Source: Candidatus Avigastranaerophilus sp. (GTDB lineage: Bacteria > Muiribacteriota > Ozemobacteria > Ozemobacterales > Ozemobacteraceae). From it: 64,000 nt of DNA. Under the pieces are notes generated by a model. The model was not told where the DNA came from, ran no database searches, and saw only the letters and a list, made by a program, of their open reading frames with translations. Position 1 is the first letter of the stretch. The number at the start of each line of letters is the position of its first letter. A program made the position numbers and the translations under genes. The stretch spans positions 4,676 through 68,675 of the forward strand of contig JAZRWI010000014.1 in assembly GCA_045599645.1 (NCBI GenBank), in the 5' to 3' direction. Of this stretch, positions 35,082-45,808 are shown one piece after another.

Positions 35082-37400
35082 ATGAAATTTTTACATAATC
35101 AGGTTAAAGCGTATAAAAGAGTAAGTGGTGGAATTATTAATGCACTTGAAAATTCTGCACGCAGAGATATTATAAAAGCCTTGATTCTGACATGCGGGCT
35201 TATGGCAACCGATATTCCTGTCGCAATTGGTGCGGAAACTCTAGAGGGAACTCCGACAACAAAATCTGGTGTCACAGTCTATGAAGCTAACGTAGAAAAA
35301 GACCAAACCTATACCTCTGTTTTTGGTGTGCGCAGTGGTAATACAGATACTAAAAATTATGGTTTTGTTACCATCAACGAAGGCAACGTAACCAGCACTG
35401 TTTATGGATGTCGTAATACAGGTGGTTCTGATATAAACAATGCTTCCTGCAATAAAGTTAAGATAATAAACAGTATAATTGGCACGGACTCGACATGGGG
35501 GACTGTTTACGGCGGTTATGCCTATGGGGGCAACAAAAGCGCAAGTGTTAAGAGCAATAGTGTCGAAATATCCGGTGGAAGTGTAAATGGTTATGTTTAC
35601 AGCGGTTACGCCGAGGGCGCAACGATTTCCGTTACAAACAACAATGTCCTGCTCAAAAATGTCCTTATCAGCAAAACCGTTTATGGTGGTTGCGCCTTCA
35701 ATACAGCCTCCTGGCTTTCCATGCTCCGTAATGAAGTAACAGTTGAAAACTGTTCTATTATGGGTTCTGTCTACGGTGGTTATGCCAGTGGTTCTGCCAC
35801 AGCCGCCAACAGCAACACCGTTACAATCAAAGGGGATAATACTTTAATTAAAGGTTCTGTCTACGGTGGTTATGCTTTAAGTTCTAACTCAGATGCAAAA
35901 GATAATACTGTTATCATTGAAGGTGGCAAATTTAAAAATCGCATATATGGTGGTATTGGTTACAATGCAGTGAGCAACACTATCGTTTTGAAGGGTGGCG
36001 ATTTGTGCGATGCAGATTTGTATGGTTACAGCGATGGAAGGAAATCCCATGGAGGTAATACATTGGAAGTCTGGGCTTCCAATATACAGGTCAGATCAGC
36101 ACAGAATTTTGAAAATTACTATTTTATTGTGCCAGGTGGAATGACTAATCAGGCAGATAAGTATATGCTAAAGGCCGGCACACCTGTTAACCTTAGTGAC
36201 ACCAAGTTGGGTGTAGCAATACAAAATGGTACTGTTCTTAATAATGGTGACAAAATAAACCTTATTGATAAAACAGAAGGCACAGCTTCATGGGTTCCCT
36301 TAGAAGGCATAGAACTTAAGGGTGGAACTTTGTTTACTAACTATAACTTCAACTTATCAACTACTGGTGAAAATAAAACACTGGTAGCTACTGCAAACAT
36401 TGAACCCGGTGGACTACCTTCACCTCTGCTCCTTATTCCTCCAAAACCTGCTGGAAAGGCTGATGAAAAAACTAAGGCACTAGCTGAAGGACAAACAGCT
36501 TCCGTTGCCTTATTAGGCGAAGGAAATGAACTGGCTGCAGGAGCTGCCTTAGAAGATGCGAAGACTGCAGCACGTGCGGCAGCAGCAGAAGGCGGCAGTA
36601 TGGCGACCTTTGCCACATTGGGCTATGGCAGGTCACTTTATGATACAGGCTCGCATGCAAATATACATTCTACTGATTTTATTGTCGGCTTATCAAAAGA
36701 GTATGACAGCAGTAATGGCGAGCTGACTCTTGGTGCTTTTTTTGAAAACGGTCGTGGAAATTACTCAACCCATAATGACTTTGAAGCAGGTTCTGTAGAT
36801 GGTAACGGTAAGGCAAGCTATTATGGCGGAGGTCTGATGCTTCAATTGGATTCCTCAAAGAATAAAGGCTTATATGTTCAGGCTATTGGTCGTATTGGTC
36901 GTATGAAAAACAAATGGAATTCAGGGGATTTCAGTGAATACGTTGATTACGACACTCGTCATCGCTACTATGGGGCTGACTTTGGCCTCGGCTATGAAGG
37001 AAAGGCGAGCGAAAACCGCAATTATAAATTCTATGGAAAATTCATGTGGACTCGTCAAAAGGGTGACGATGCCAACATAAATGGTGAAAAACTAAACTTT
37101 GATGATATCAGTTCTATGAAAGCCAGAATTGGGTTAAGAATGGATTATAAAGGCTATAAGACACTGAAACCTTTCTGGGGCGTAGCCTGGGAAAGAGAAT
37201 TCAAAGGAGAAGCCAAATCAGAAGTTAACGGTTATGACGTTGAGGCTCCAAGTCTTAAAGGCAATACTGGTCTTTTTGAGTTTGGCTTAAAATATAAACC
37301 AATAAGTAAGTCCGACTGGCATTTTAATTTTGCTGTCACTGGTTATGTTGGCGCACGCCGGGGCATAGACGGCCAGGCAAGCTTTAACTTTAATTTCTAA
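35082..37400 (+). CDS. Autotransporter (type Va) with VYGG-repeat passenger and C-terminal beta-barrel
   Basis: Repeated G.VYGGYA...N.V.I units; barrel with SMKARIGLR, AWEREF.G, PSLKGNTG; ends in aromatic residue (FNFNF). Confidence 0.88.
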   Translation: MKFLHNQVKAYKRVSGGIINALENSARRDIIKALILTCGLMATDIPVAIGAETLEGTPTTKSGVTVYEANVEKDQTYTSVFGVRSGNTDTKNYGFVTINEGNVTSTVYGCRNTGGSDINNASCNKVKIINSIIGTDSTWGTVYGGYAYGGNKSASVKSNSVEISGGSVNGYVYSGYAEGATISVTNNNVLLKNVLISKTVYGGCAFNTASWLSMLRNEVTVENCSIMGSVYGGYASGSATAANSNTVTIKGDNTLIKGSVYGGYALSSNSDAKDNTVIIEGGKFKNRIYGGIGYNAVSNTIVLKGGDLCDADLYGYSDGRKSHGGNTLEVWASNIQVRSAQNFENYYFIVPGGMTNQADKYMLKAGTPVNLSDTKLGVAIQNGTVLNNGDKINLIDKTEGTASWVPLEGIELKGGTLFTNYNFNLSTTGENKTLVATANIEPGGLPSPLLLIPPKPAGKADEKTKALAEGQTASVALLGEGNELAAGAALEDAKTAARAAAAEGGSMATFATLGYGRSLYDTGSHANIHSTDFIVGLSKEYDSSNGELTLGAFFENGRGNYSTHNDFEAGSVDGNGKASYYGGGLMLQLDSSKNKGLYVQAIGRIGRMKNKWNSGDFSEYVDYDTRHRYYGADFGLGYEGKASENRNYKFYGKFMWTRQKGDDANINGEKLNFDDISSMKARIGLRMDYKGYKTLKPFWGVAWEREFKGEAKSEVNGYDVEAPSLKGNTGLFEFGLKYKPISKSDWHFNFAVTGYVGARRGIDGQASFNFNF

Positions 37401-37501
37401 TTTTTTCACGAGGTCTGTAAAGTATTGTAAATCTTGTTTACAATAACTTCTAAAGTGATATAATCGTTGCCTGTTAATTTTGAATATTTTGCAGGTATTT
37501 T

Positions 37502-38848
37502 ATGGCTGTTGCTAAGACAATGACGGTAGGCGTTCCATGGAAGCATATCCTTATGTTTTCATTGCCGGTATTGTTCGGTCTGGTTCTTCAGCAGCTTTAT
37601 AATACTGTTGATACCATTGTTGTTGGAAATTATGCCGGCGAAAACTCATTAGCAGCTGTAGGCACCACTTCTACATTGACCTTCCTGCTGATAGCAATTG
37701 CCACTGGTTTCTCTGCTGGTAATGGTGTTGTTGTTGCCCAGGCGTATGGTGCCCAGAATGATGATCTTGTAAGAGCAAATGCTTCTACTGGTATAATTCT
37801 TCTTTTAGGAATGGGCATTATATCTGGGGCCTTAGGCATTGCTTTTTCAAGACAGGCTTATGAAAGCATTGTTTCTGTCCCTCCAGAAATTCTTGAGCTG
37901 ACTCTGGAATACTTTAATATTTGTATGCTCGGAATGGTCTTCCAATTCGGATACAATATTTTTTCCTCAATTTTAAGGGCCATAGGCGATAGTGCAGCAA
38001 CTTTATATTTCCTGCTGATAGCTTCGGTTTTAAATATCCTTCTTGATCTGTGGTTCGTTGCTGGCTTGAAATGGGGAGTTGCAGGAGCTGCCTGGGCTAC
38101 AAATATATCTCAGGGTGTTTCTTTTATATGCGCATACTGGTATATGACTAAGAAGTATCCTATATTCAGATTCAAGCTGAAAGAATTTACCTATAGCAAC
38201 AAGCTTGCTTTGCAGACAATTCAGGTTGGCACACCAATAGCAGTTCAGTTGGTTATTGTTGCGTTAGGGCTTACCTTGATTCAGAGGGCTGTAAATGGCT
38301 TTGGTAAGTTTATGACAGCTTCGTTTACTGTCGGGCAAAGAATGGAATTGTTTCTGAATATGCCATTTCATGCTTTCCAGACAACGCTTGCAACCTATGC
38401 AGGTCAGAATATCGGCGCCGGTAAAATGAACAGAGTTAAGCTTGGGACTAAACAAGCTTTGATCATGTCCGTTTCTTCAACTGTTGTAATCTCTATTTTC
38501 GTATGGTTATATGCAGCAAGAATAATTGAAATTTTTGGAATCAGCGACCAGGCTGCAGTTTATTGTATTGATCATATAAGAACAATTGCTTTTGTAAATA
38601 TTCTTTTATCATTTTACGTTCCTATTTTCGGTGTTTTCCAGGGAGCAAACCACTGTGCTCTGCCAACTGTAGTTGCAACCATTGCACTTTCTACTAGAGT
38701 CATTGTTACTTATTTGTTCAAGGATAGCCAGTATTTCGGTTATTCAATTATCTGGTGGAACGGCCTGTTCGGTTTCAGTCTTGCTCTTTGCGTAACCTGG
38801 TGCTTTTATCTTAGTGGAATCTGGCAGAAGAACGCTGTTATTAAGTAA
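37502..38848 (+). CDS. MATE family efflux transporter
   Basis: LQQLYNTVDTIVVG, LRAIGDS, LNILLD...GVAGAAWAT, GQNIGAG. Confidence 0.93.
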   Translation: MAVAKTMTVGVPWKHILMFSLPVLFGLVLQQLYNTVDTIVVGNYAGENSLAAVGTTSTLTFLLIAIATGFSAGNGVVVAQAYGAQNDDLVRANASTGIILLLGMGIISGALGIAFSRQAYESIVSVPPEILELTLEYFNICMLGMVFQFGYNIFSSILRAIGDSAATLYFLLIASVLNILLDLWFVAGLKWGVAGAAWATNISQGVSFICAYWYMTKKYPIFRFKLKEFTYSNKLALQTIQVGTPIAVQLVIVALGLTLIQRAVNGFGKFMTASFTVGQRMELFLNMPFHAFQTTLATYAGQNIGAGKMNRVKLGTKQALIMSVSSTVVISIFVWLYAARIIEIFGISDQAAVYCIDHIRTIAFVNILLSFYVPIFGVFQGANHCALPTVVATIALSTRVIVTYLFKDSQYFGYSIIWWNGLFGFSLALCVTWCFYLSGIWQKNAVIK

Positions 38849-38917
38849 CCTTCTCATTGTTGCGCAACTATATTACTCTCACTTGCTTTTATTTTAATAA
38901 TAGGCTAAATTTATTAC

Positions 38918-40060
38918 ATGCTTAACACATTAGTCATTGCTTTGCTTGCTGTCGGTATTGTTGTTGCCGCCATTAGCATTAAAATAGAAAAAATAAGAGT
39001 CATTGCATTGTTATTAGCTTGCTGCTGCGGAGCAGCCTGTTTTTGCCACTCTATTTTTAAAGTTAATCCCGATAAAGATTACATGCGTGTATTAGCAAAT
39101 ACTGATGTAAAAACAAAAATTGAATATTTTAAAAATGCTAAGGTAAATGACAATCTTAAAAAGCATATTATCTATTCTATTGCCGACCAGATTGAAAATC
39201 TTAGCTTAAATAACTTTAAAGCTGCATTTATTGATGAGGAAAATCCGGTTATAGTCGAACTTCTTTTCGACAGACTACGCGAAAATGGATTGAATTTTTC
39301 AGACGAACAGTATGATTGCTTTGTTGAGGCAGCGATTTCCAATAAAAATGCCAGCTTCCGAAAGCGCCTTTTCCCTTCTGTATTTGCTGCTGAATCAGTA
39401 TTTAAGTATGTTAAGAACTGCATGAGCAACATAGAAGATGTAGAACAATGCCGCAAACTGGAACAGTGTATTGATGCTTTCCCGGATATATTCAGCGAAA
39501 ACGATAGAAAGCTGGGAAAAACAATTGTAGAAGCTAAGAAAAATATTAGCAGCGCTGACGGTTCTGATTCTAACTATAATGGTAAACTGGCTGAATATGC
39601 TGCTATAAAGGAAGAATGCCGCACTAAGCTCTTAGGCGTAACTATTAACTGGACATTGCGCGGCACTGTTGAACGTAAGCTTGAAGATATTGAAAATGCA
39701 TATTTGTTGAAAGATGCAAATATAGAAGGCAAGAGTCTTGATAGATGCATTGTTGTGCCTACTGATACAGCACTTGAAATAAATGCACAGGTAAAACTTG
39801 ATGTAAAAGATGAGGGCGAACAGTATTATAAGCTTGAAGATGGATTTGCAACCTTAAGGTATTTTAAAGAAGACCACTCAGCAACTTCTAGAAGTAGTCT
39901 TCAGGAGCAGATAGATAAGTGTGACGAAGAAACCGCTAAGATTCATGCTGTTCTTGAAGCTAATAAGGACCGCTTAGAGGTTTACAAGGCTTTGTTTAAT
40001 GCATGCTTTGATAGTTTTAGCAAGAATTTTGCTCAGAAGGTGAAGAAATATGAATACTGA
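38918..40060 (+). CDS. Hypothetical membrane-anchored protein
   Basis: 380-aa ORF with two N-terminal hydrophobic helices; overlaps next start. Confidence 0.65.
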   Translation: MLNTLVIALLAVGIVVAAISIKIEKIRVIALLLACCCGAACFCHSIFKVNPDKDYMRVLANTDVKTKIEYFKNAKVNDNLKKHIIYSIADQIENLSLNNFKAAFIDEENPVIVELLFDRLRENGLNFSDEQYDCFVEAAISNKNASFRKRLFPSVFAAESVFKYVKNCMSNIEDVEQCRKLEQCIDAFPDIFSENDRKLGKTIVEAKKNISSADGSDSNYNGKLAEYAAIKEECRTKLLGVTINWTLRGTVERKLEDIENAYLLKDANIEGKSLDRCIVVPTDTALEINAQVKLDVKDEGEQYYKLEDGFATLRYFKEDHSATSRSSLQEQIDKCDEETAKIHAVLEANKDRLEVYKALFNACFDSFSKNFAQKVKKYEY

Positions 40061-42047
40061 AGAAAACAATAACCTTCAAGCAAATAATACAGCCAATAAT
40101 CCTGATGCTCTTCAGAAGGAAAAGGCCCTGGTCACCAGAATTCAACTGATGATTGAAGATAAGCAATGGGAAGAAGCTGAAAAACGCTGCGATAAGCTAT
40201 TGGAGGTAAATCCTAAGAATGACAGGGGCTGCCTTGCAAAGCTTTTCATACAGAATAAGGTTGGCAGTCTTGGTGCATTGCTAAAAAAGACAGATACTTT
40301 CATTGATTCTGAATATTGGAAAACAGCTTGTGAAAGTTCAGATTCTGCTTTGGTAGCAAAGCTTAAGAAGATAGAAGAAAATATTCTTGCTGAACGTAAA
40401 AAAGCCGAAGCAGAGTCAGCTACGGAAAAATTAAAGCAGGCCATTGCTGATTCAGAAAAAAAGCGAGAAGAGGAGGGAAACGGGAAGCTTAAAGCAATAA
40501 ATACCGATTCCTCTGAATTTGGCAAGAGGTTGGACCCAACCGCTGGAAGAAGAAAAATAATCTCCTGGACTTGCCTGGGAATAGCTTTTGTAATTCTATT
40601 TGCATGCGGAATTTACTATTTTAACAACGTTATAATTCCTGCCCAGATTTATTCTGAAGGGTGCAAGCTATTCAATAATGGGAATTATAAAGCAGCTTCA
40701 GATTGTCTGGCTCAGAACGAAAATCACCCTGAAAGTGTGCTGAAGCTTCAGGAATGCAGGGAAGCCGACAGCAAGGTTGTCATGGAGGGTAAATATAGTC
40801 AGGCCATAGGTTATTGGGAAAAATCAGACTATACTAATGCAATAGTAATGTTTAATCAGATAGGTTTCTTCAATGATGCTCAGCTTAAGACTATTGAATC
40901 CTTAAAGCTTGCTAATGGCGATCCAATGGTTATCCGTGAAGCAGAAGTATTTGATGAAAAAACAATTGCAGCAAGATTAGCAGAAGAAAAAGAAACTAAG
41001 CGCAAGGCTATTGAAGAAATAGAAAAAATGGCGGCCGCTGAAGAAGCTAAGAGAGCTCGCATTGTCAGTGAAGCTGCTCGTAAAGCTGCATTGGAAGAAA
41101 ATAGACGCGTAATGGAAGCTAAAGAAGCAAAGCAAAAGCTGGAGGAAGAGGCTAGACAAAAAATAGCTGATGAAGCCGCCAGACTTCGTGATGCCCAGGA
41201 AGAAGCTGAACGAGTTGCTAAAGAAACTGAAAAGCGCAGAGCAGCCATGAGGGTTGACCTTGGGCAGAACAAGGTCATAACTGTAAATGGCTACAATATT
41301 GAACTTATTGCATGTCCGGCAGGTTCTTTTACTATGGGCAGTCCGGTAAATGAATTAGGCAGAAATTCTGATGAAACTCCGCATCAGGTTACTATTTCGC
41401 AAGGCTTTTATATTGGAAAATATGAAGTAACTCAGGGCTTATACAAGGCAATTACTGGTATGAACCCGGCTAGAAGCTTTATAAAAGGTGATAAAAAACC
41501 GGTATATCAGGTTAGCTGGTTCATGGCAGATGAATTCTGTGACAAGCTTAATAAGCTTACTCAGAAAACAAGACCATCACATTGGCACTTTGATTTACCA
41601 ACAGAAGCTCAGTGGGAATACGCATGCAGAGCTGGCTACCCGACAGCCTTCAATAACGGTGGTAGTATTGTGCCGAATAATAAGAGATGTCCTGCTTTGG
41701 AACAGGCTGGCTGGTATGCTGCTAATACTCCAGCAAGACAACTTTCTGACGTTGGCATGAGACAGGCAAACTGCTGGTATATTCACGATATGCACGGCGG
41801 TGTCTGGGAATGGTGTAAGGACTATTATGGGAATTATCCATCTAGTGCGACTTTGAATCCTTGCCGTCTTGATGGCTTCAAAAAAGTTCTCAGAGGTGGT
41901 AGTATAAGAAGTCAGGCTAAGGATTGCCGTTCTGCTTCCAGAAGAGGCAGTGTTCCAGGTAATGATGGCAATGGCGAGTATGATATAGGCTTCAGGCTTG
42001 TTCTTGTTGCCGATTCTTACGAAAAAACCTTCCAGGCTGATGAATAA
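40050..42047 (+). CDS. Membrane protein with TPR-like, coiled-coil and C-terminal FGE-sulfatase domains
   Basis: PAGSFTMGS...ELGR, GKYEVTQ, DLPTEAQWEYACRAG, DMHGGVWEWC, RGGS, GFRLVL; central TM. Confidence 0.85.
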   Translation: MNTEENNNLQANNTANNPDALQKEKALVTRIQLMIEDKQWEEAEKRCDKLLEVNPKNDRGCLAKLFIQNKVGSLGALLKKTDTFIDSEYWKTACESSDSALVAKLKKIEENILAERKKAEAESATEKLKQAIADSEKKREEEGNGKLKAINTDSSEFGKRLDPTAGRRKIISWTCLGIAFVILFACGIYYFNNVIIPAQIYSEGCKLFNNGNYKAASDCLAQNENHPESVLKLQECREADSKVVMEGKYSQAIGYWEKSDYTNAIVMFNQIGFFNDAQLKTIESLKLANGDPMVIREAEVFDEKTIAARLAEEKETKRKAIEEIEKMAAAEEAKRARIVSEAARKAALEENRRVMEAKEAKQKLEEEARQKIADEAARLRDAQEEAERVAKETEKRRAAMRVDLGQNKVITVNGYNIELIACPAGSFTMGSPVNELGRNSDETPHQVTISQGFYIGKYEVTQGLYKAITGMNPARSFIKGDKKPVYQVSWFMADEFCDKLNKLTQKTRPSHWHFDLPTEAQWEYACRAGYPTAFNNGGSIVPNNKRCPALEQAGWYAANTPARQLSDVGMRQANCWYIHDMHGGVWEWCKDYYGNYPSSATLNPCRLDGFKKVLRGGSIRSQAKDCRSASRRGSVPGNDGNGEYDIGFRLVLVADSYEKTFQADE

Positions 42048-42059
42048 CAGGTTAATAAT

Positions 42060-43526
42060 ATGGCTGCAACTGAATTACAGACAAAACTAAAGGAAGGCAT
42101 GGCATTTCTTGCGAAGCAGGAATATGATCAGGCTAAGAATTATTTCAACGATTTACTGGATGAATACCCTGAATCGGCTCAGTGTTACTATGGCCTGATG
42201 ATGGCTGAACTGAAGGCTAACAGCTTTGCGCAGCTTGAAAAAGTAGAAATACATATTGGTGATTTAACAAGCTTCAAGCGCGCTCTTCGATTTAGTGATC
42301 CAGCTTTTAAAGCACGTCTTGAGACAATCCAACAAAAGAACGAAGAATATATCCGTTTAAAGCTTGAAGAAAGCAAGGTTTTATTGAATAAACCCAAGCA
42401 AGAAGCCAACCCTGTTCAGAAACCTGAGCTTGTTTCGGAACCAGAAGCTGCCTCAAAACTAGCACTTGAATCTGCAGAAGAATCAAAAGAAAAATCTGAA
42501 CCTGTTCAAGTATCTGAACCTGTTCAAATTCAGGAACAGATTGTGAAACAGGAATCGGTTAGTAATATCGAGCCTGCTCAGCAGCTCGATAGCTTTTCTG
42601 AACCAAATGAAAAAACTGATTCTCAGGAAGTTTCCCCTAAAAAAAGCAAAGCAGGTTTAATCGCTGCCGTTTTTGGCATTGTTGCAATTGCCGGTTATTT
42701 TGCATTCAGCGGGAAACCATCTGATGAAAAGATTGAAGAAACAGTAGTTACAAAGACAACTACAGTCGAAAATAATACTACATTGGACTTATCAAAGCCC
42801 ACTAAATTCAAGGCAGGTAGCGTTGAATTTGAAATGATGCCTTGTCCTGCTGGAAGCTTCATGATGGGCAGTCAGCAAAACGAGCTGGGACGTGAAGAAC
42901 AGGAAACACCGCATAATGTTACTATTGAAAAGCCGTTTCTGATTGGCAAATACGAGGTTGTTCAGGCTTTGTTCTCTGAAGTAACCGGCGAAAATTATTC
43001 TAAGTATTATGGCTTGGATAATCCTGCTGACAGTGTAAGTTATAATGCTGCAGAAGACTTTTGTAAAAAGCTTAATGAGATGACAAAGCTGGTTAGACCA
43101 GCTGGCTACAAATTTGATATTCCAACTGAGGCTCAGTGGGAATATGCATGCAGAGCTGGCTCTACAACAGCTATCAATAGCGGCAAGAATTTAACTTCAG
43201 ACAAAGAATACTGCGCTAATCTCGATGAGGTTGGCTGGTATGTTTTCAATGCTTTCGGTGTTACCCATCCTGTTGGACAGAAGAATCCCAATGCCTGGGG
43301 AATATATGATATGCACGGTAATGTGGGTGAGTGGTGTAAAGATTGGTATATAGAAGGCTACGGAATGAATGATAAAGATACCTCTGATAATCAAACCAAG
43401 GTGGTTAGAGGTGGAAACTTTGTTGTAGTTCCGTCAAGATGCCGTTGCGCAAGCCGAAATATGGCTCCGGAAGATTTGGAAAACATTAGTCTGGGTTTCA
43501 GAATAGTATTAGTTTATGAGAAATAA
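42060..43526 (+). CDS. Membrane protein with N-terminal TPR and C-terminal FGE-sulfatase domain
   Basis: PAGSFMMGS, PTEAQWEYACRAG, HPVGQKNPNAWGIYDMHGNVGEWC, GFRIVL. Confidence 0.87.
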   Translation: MAATELQTKLKEGMAFLAKQEYDQAKNYFNDLLDEYPESAQCYYGLMMAELKANSFAQLEKVEIHIGDLTSFKRALRFSDPAFKARLETIQQKNEEYIRLKLEESKVLLNKPKQEANPVQKPELVSEPEAASKLALESAEESKEKSEPVQVSEPVQIQEQIVKQESVSNIEPAQQLDSFSEPNEKTDSQEVSPKKSKAGLIAAVFGIVAIAGYFAFSGKPSDEKIEETVVTKTTTVENNTTLDLSKPTKFKAGSVEFEMMPCPAGSFMMGSQQNELGREEQETPHNVTIEKPFLIGKYEVVQALFSEVTGENYSKYYGLDNPADSVSYNAAEDFCKKLNEMTKLVRPAGYKFDIPTEAQWEYACRAGSTTAINSGKNLTSDKEYCANLDEVGWYVFNAFGVTHPVGQKNPNAWGIYDMHGNVGEWCKDWYIEGYGMNDKDTSDNQTKVVRGGNFVVVPSRCRCASRNMAPEDLENISLGFRIVLVYEK

Positions 43527-43608
43527 TTAAGATATTAGTTGTATTATTGATTAATATTGTTATAGAATACAGTTTACAAAATTGTGTACACAATCGGGAA
43601 AACATAAC

Positions 43609-45699
43609 ATGAATTCACTCTCAAATCCCTTAATGAAGCGAACGGGACTACCTGAATACGAACAGGCTACTGCAGAAAATTTTATTCCTGCAATTAAATC
43701 TGTGTTCGCAAGAACAGAAGAAATTCTGAAAAAAGTAGAAGAAAATGCTGAAAAGGAAGAACCGTCATGGGAATCATTGGTTGCCCCATTTGATGATTCT
43801 GACCTTGATTGGGAATATACCTGGAGCGTATTGAATCATCTTAAGAGCGTTAAAAACTCTGATGGTCTGCGCAAGGCTTATGACCAGCTTATGCCGGAAT
43901 GCATAGCTCTTTCACTTAGAATGTCTCAGAGCAAACCAAGATACAAAGCATTACTGGCTTTAAAGGAAAGCAAAGCATATAAGAAATTCAATGATGCAAA
44001 GAAACGTATCGTTGATTCTCTGATTCTTGGCTCAGAAAAGAGTGGTATTGCTCTTGAAGGCGAAAAGAAAGAACGTTTTAATGCCATTGTTAAGAGAATG
44101 ACTGAAATATCCAATAAATTCTCTAACAATATTCTGGACTCCACAAAAGCTTTTGGTATGGTCATTGAAGACGAAAAAGATACTGAAGGCTGGCCTGATA
44201 TGCTTAAGATACTTTCTTCTGTATCATACGCCAAGAAAAACAATACAAAGCCTAATCCAAAGCACGGTCCTTGGATGATAACACTTGATGGACCAAGCTA
44301 TCTGCCATTTATGCAGCATTGTCGCAATAGAGATTTGCGCTTCAAAGTTTATGATGCTTATACAACAAGAGCGTCAGAACCTGAATTTGATAATGCTGTT
44401 CTTATAACAGAGCTTCTTAAGCTTCGCAAGGAACAGGCTCAGCTCCTTGGCTTCAATAATTATGCTGAATTAAGCCTCAGCAGCAAGATGGCTCAGAATA
44501 TCGATAACGTAAAGAAAATGATTGATGAGCTTGAAGAAGCCTCTAAGCCTTTTGCTAAGAAAGAACAGGAAGAACTTGTAAATTTCGCACATGAAAATGG
44601 TTTTGAAGGTGAATTGCAGCCCTGGGATACTCATTTTTGGTCTGAAAGACAGCGTGAAAAGCTTTTTGATTTCACTGAAGACCAGATAAGACCTTATTTC
44701 CCACTGCCAAGAGTTCTTGATTCTTTGTTTAAGCTTTGCAACAAGCTTTATGGCATCAATATCAGAAAATCTGAATATTCTAAGATTCCAAAATGGCATG
44801 ATGACGTAATGTTCTTCAATATTTTTGATGAACGTGACAACATGATTGCACATTTCTATTTAGATCCATATTCCCGCCCTGCTGAAAAGCGTGGTGGCGC
44901 ATGGATGAATACCTGCCGCAGCCGCAGAGTAGTTAACGGCAAGCTTACCAGACCAGTAATCTATGTTATCTGTAACGGCACACCAGCTATGGATAACGCT
45001 CCGTCACTGATGAGCTTCTATGAAGTTAATACACTGTTCCATGAATTCGGTCATGCTTTGCAGGGTATGCTCACTACAATTGATGAAGCAGAAGCTTCAG
45101 GGGTTTCTGGCGTAGAATGGGATGCTGTTGAACTTGCCAGCCAGTTTATGGAAAACTGGTGCTTGAACCGTGAAACCTTCTTTGGTATGGCAAAGCACTA
45201 TAAGACAGGTGAAACTATTCCAAACGAACTTTACGAAAAGATTAAAGATGCTGAACATTACCGTGGTGCCTATGCAATGCTCAGACAGCTGTCTTTTGCA
45301 AAGATAGACCTTTACCTGCACAGCGATTTTGACCCAGATGGTAAGGAAACTCCATTTGAAGCTTTCCAGCGCATTAATGATGAAACCTGTCCGAGCAAGC
45401 TTTACAAGAACGACAAGTTCCTTTGTGGCTTCTCTCACATATTTGCAGGTGGTTACAGCGCAGGCTACTATAGCTACAAATGGGCTGAAGTTCTTAGTGC
45501 AGACGCTTTTGCAGCCTTTGAAGAAGCTGGCCTCGACAATGAAGAAAAGGTGGTTGAAATCGGTCATCGCTTCAGAGATACTGTTTTGGCTCTTGGTGGA
45601 AGTAAGCATCCTGCAGAAGTTTATCGCATGTTCCGTGGTCGTGATGCTACAACAGCAGCATTATTAAGACATACACTCGGAATTGGCGAAAAAAAGTAA
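43609..45699 (+). CDS. prlC: Oligopeptidase A, M3 family
   Basis: KRGGAWM, TLFHEFGHALQ, WDAVELASQFMENW, FSHIFAGGYSAGYYSYKWAEVL, FRGR. Confidence 0.93.
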   Translation: MNSLSNPLMKRTGLPEYEQATAENFIPAIKSVFARTEEILKKVEENAEKEEPSWESLVAPFDDSDLDWEYTWSVLNHLKSVKNSDGLRKAYDQLMPECIALSLRMSQSKPRYKALLALKESKAYKKFNDAKKRIVDSLILGSEKSGIALEGEKKERFNAIVKRMTEISNKFSNNILDSTKAFGMVIEDEKDTEGWPDMLKILSSVSYAKKNNTKPNPKHGPWMITLDGPSYLPFMQHCRNRDLRFKVYDAYTTRASEPEFDNAVLITELLKLRKEQAQLLGFNNYAELSLSSKMAQNIDNVKKMIDELEEASKPFAKKEQEELVNFAHENGFEGELQPWDTHFWSERQREKLFDFTEDQIRPYFPLPRVLDSLFKLCNKLYGINIRKSEYSKIPKWHDDVMFFNIFDERDNMIAHFYLDPYSRPAEKRGGAWMNTCRSRRVVNGKLTRPVIYVICNGTPAMDNAPSLMSFYEVNTLFHEFGHALQGMLTTIDEAEASGVSGVEWDAVELASQFMENWCLNRETFFGMAKHYKTGETIPNELYEKIKDAEHYRGAYAMLRQLSFAKIDLYLHSDFDPDGKETPFEAFQRINDETCPSKLYKNDKFLCGFSHIFAGGYSAGYYSYKWAEVLSADAFAAFEEAGLDNEEKVVEIGHRFRDTVLALGGSKHPAEVYRMFRGRDATTAALLRHTLGIGEKK

Positions 45700-45714
45700 T
45701 TAACTGATTGCAAG

Positions 45715-45754
45715 AATACGCTTCGTTACCAAATATTAACGGAGCGTATTTTTT
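45715..45754 (+). terminator. Rho-independent terminator
   Basis: AATACGCTTCGTTA...TAACGGAGCGTATTTTTT. Confidence 0.8.
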
Positions 45755-45808
45755 ATTGTTTGTTAATAATACTGTATAATATAATTATAGAGGAGAAGGG
45801 GACATAAT

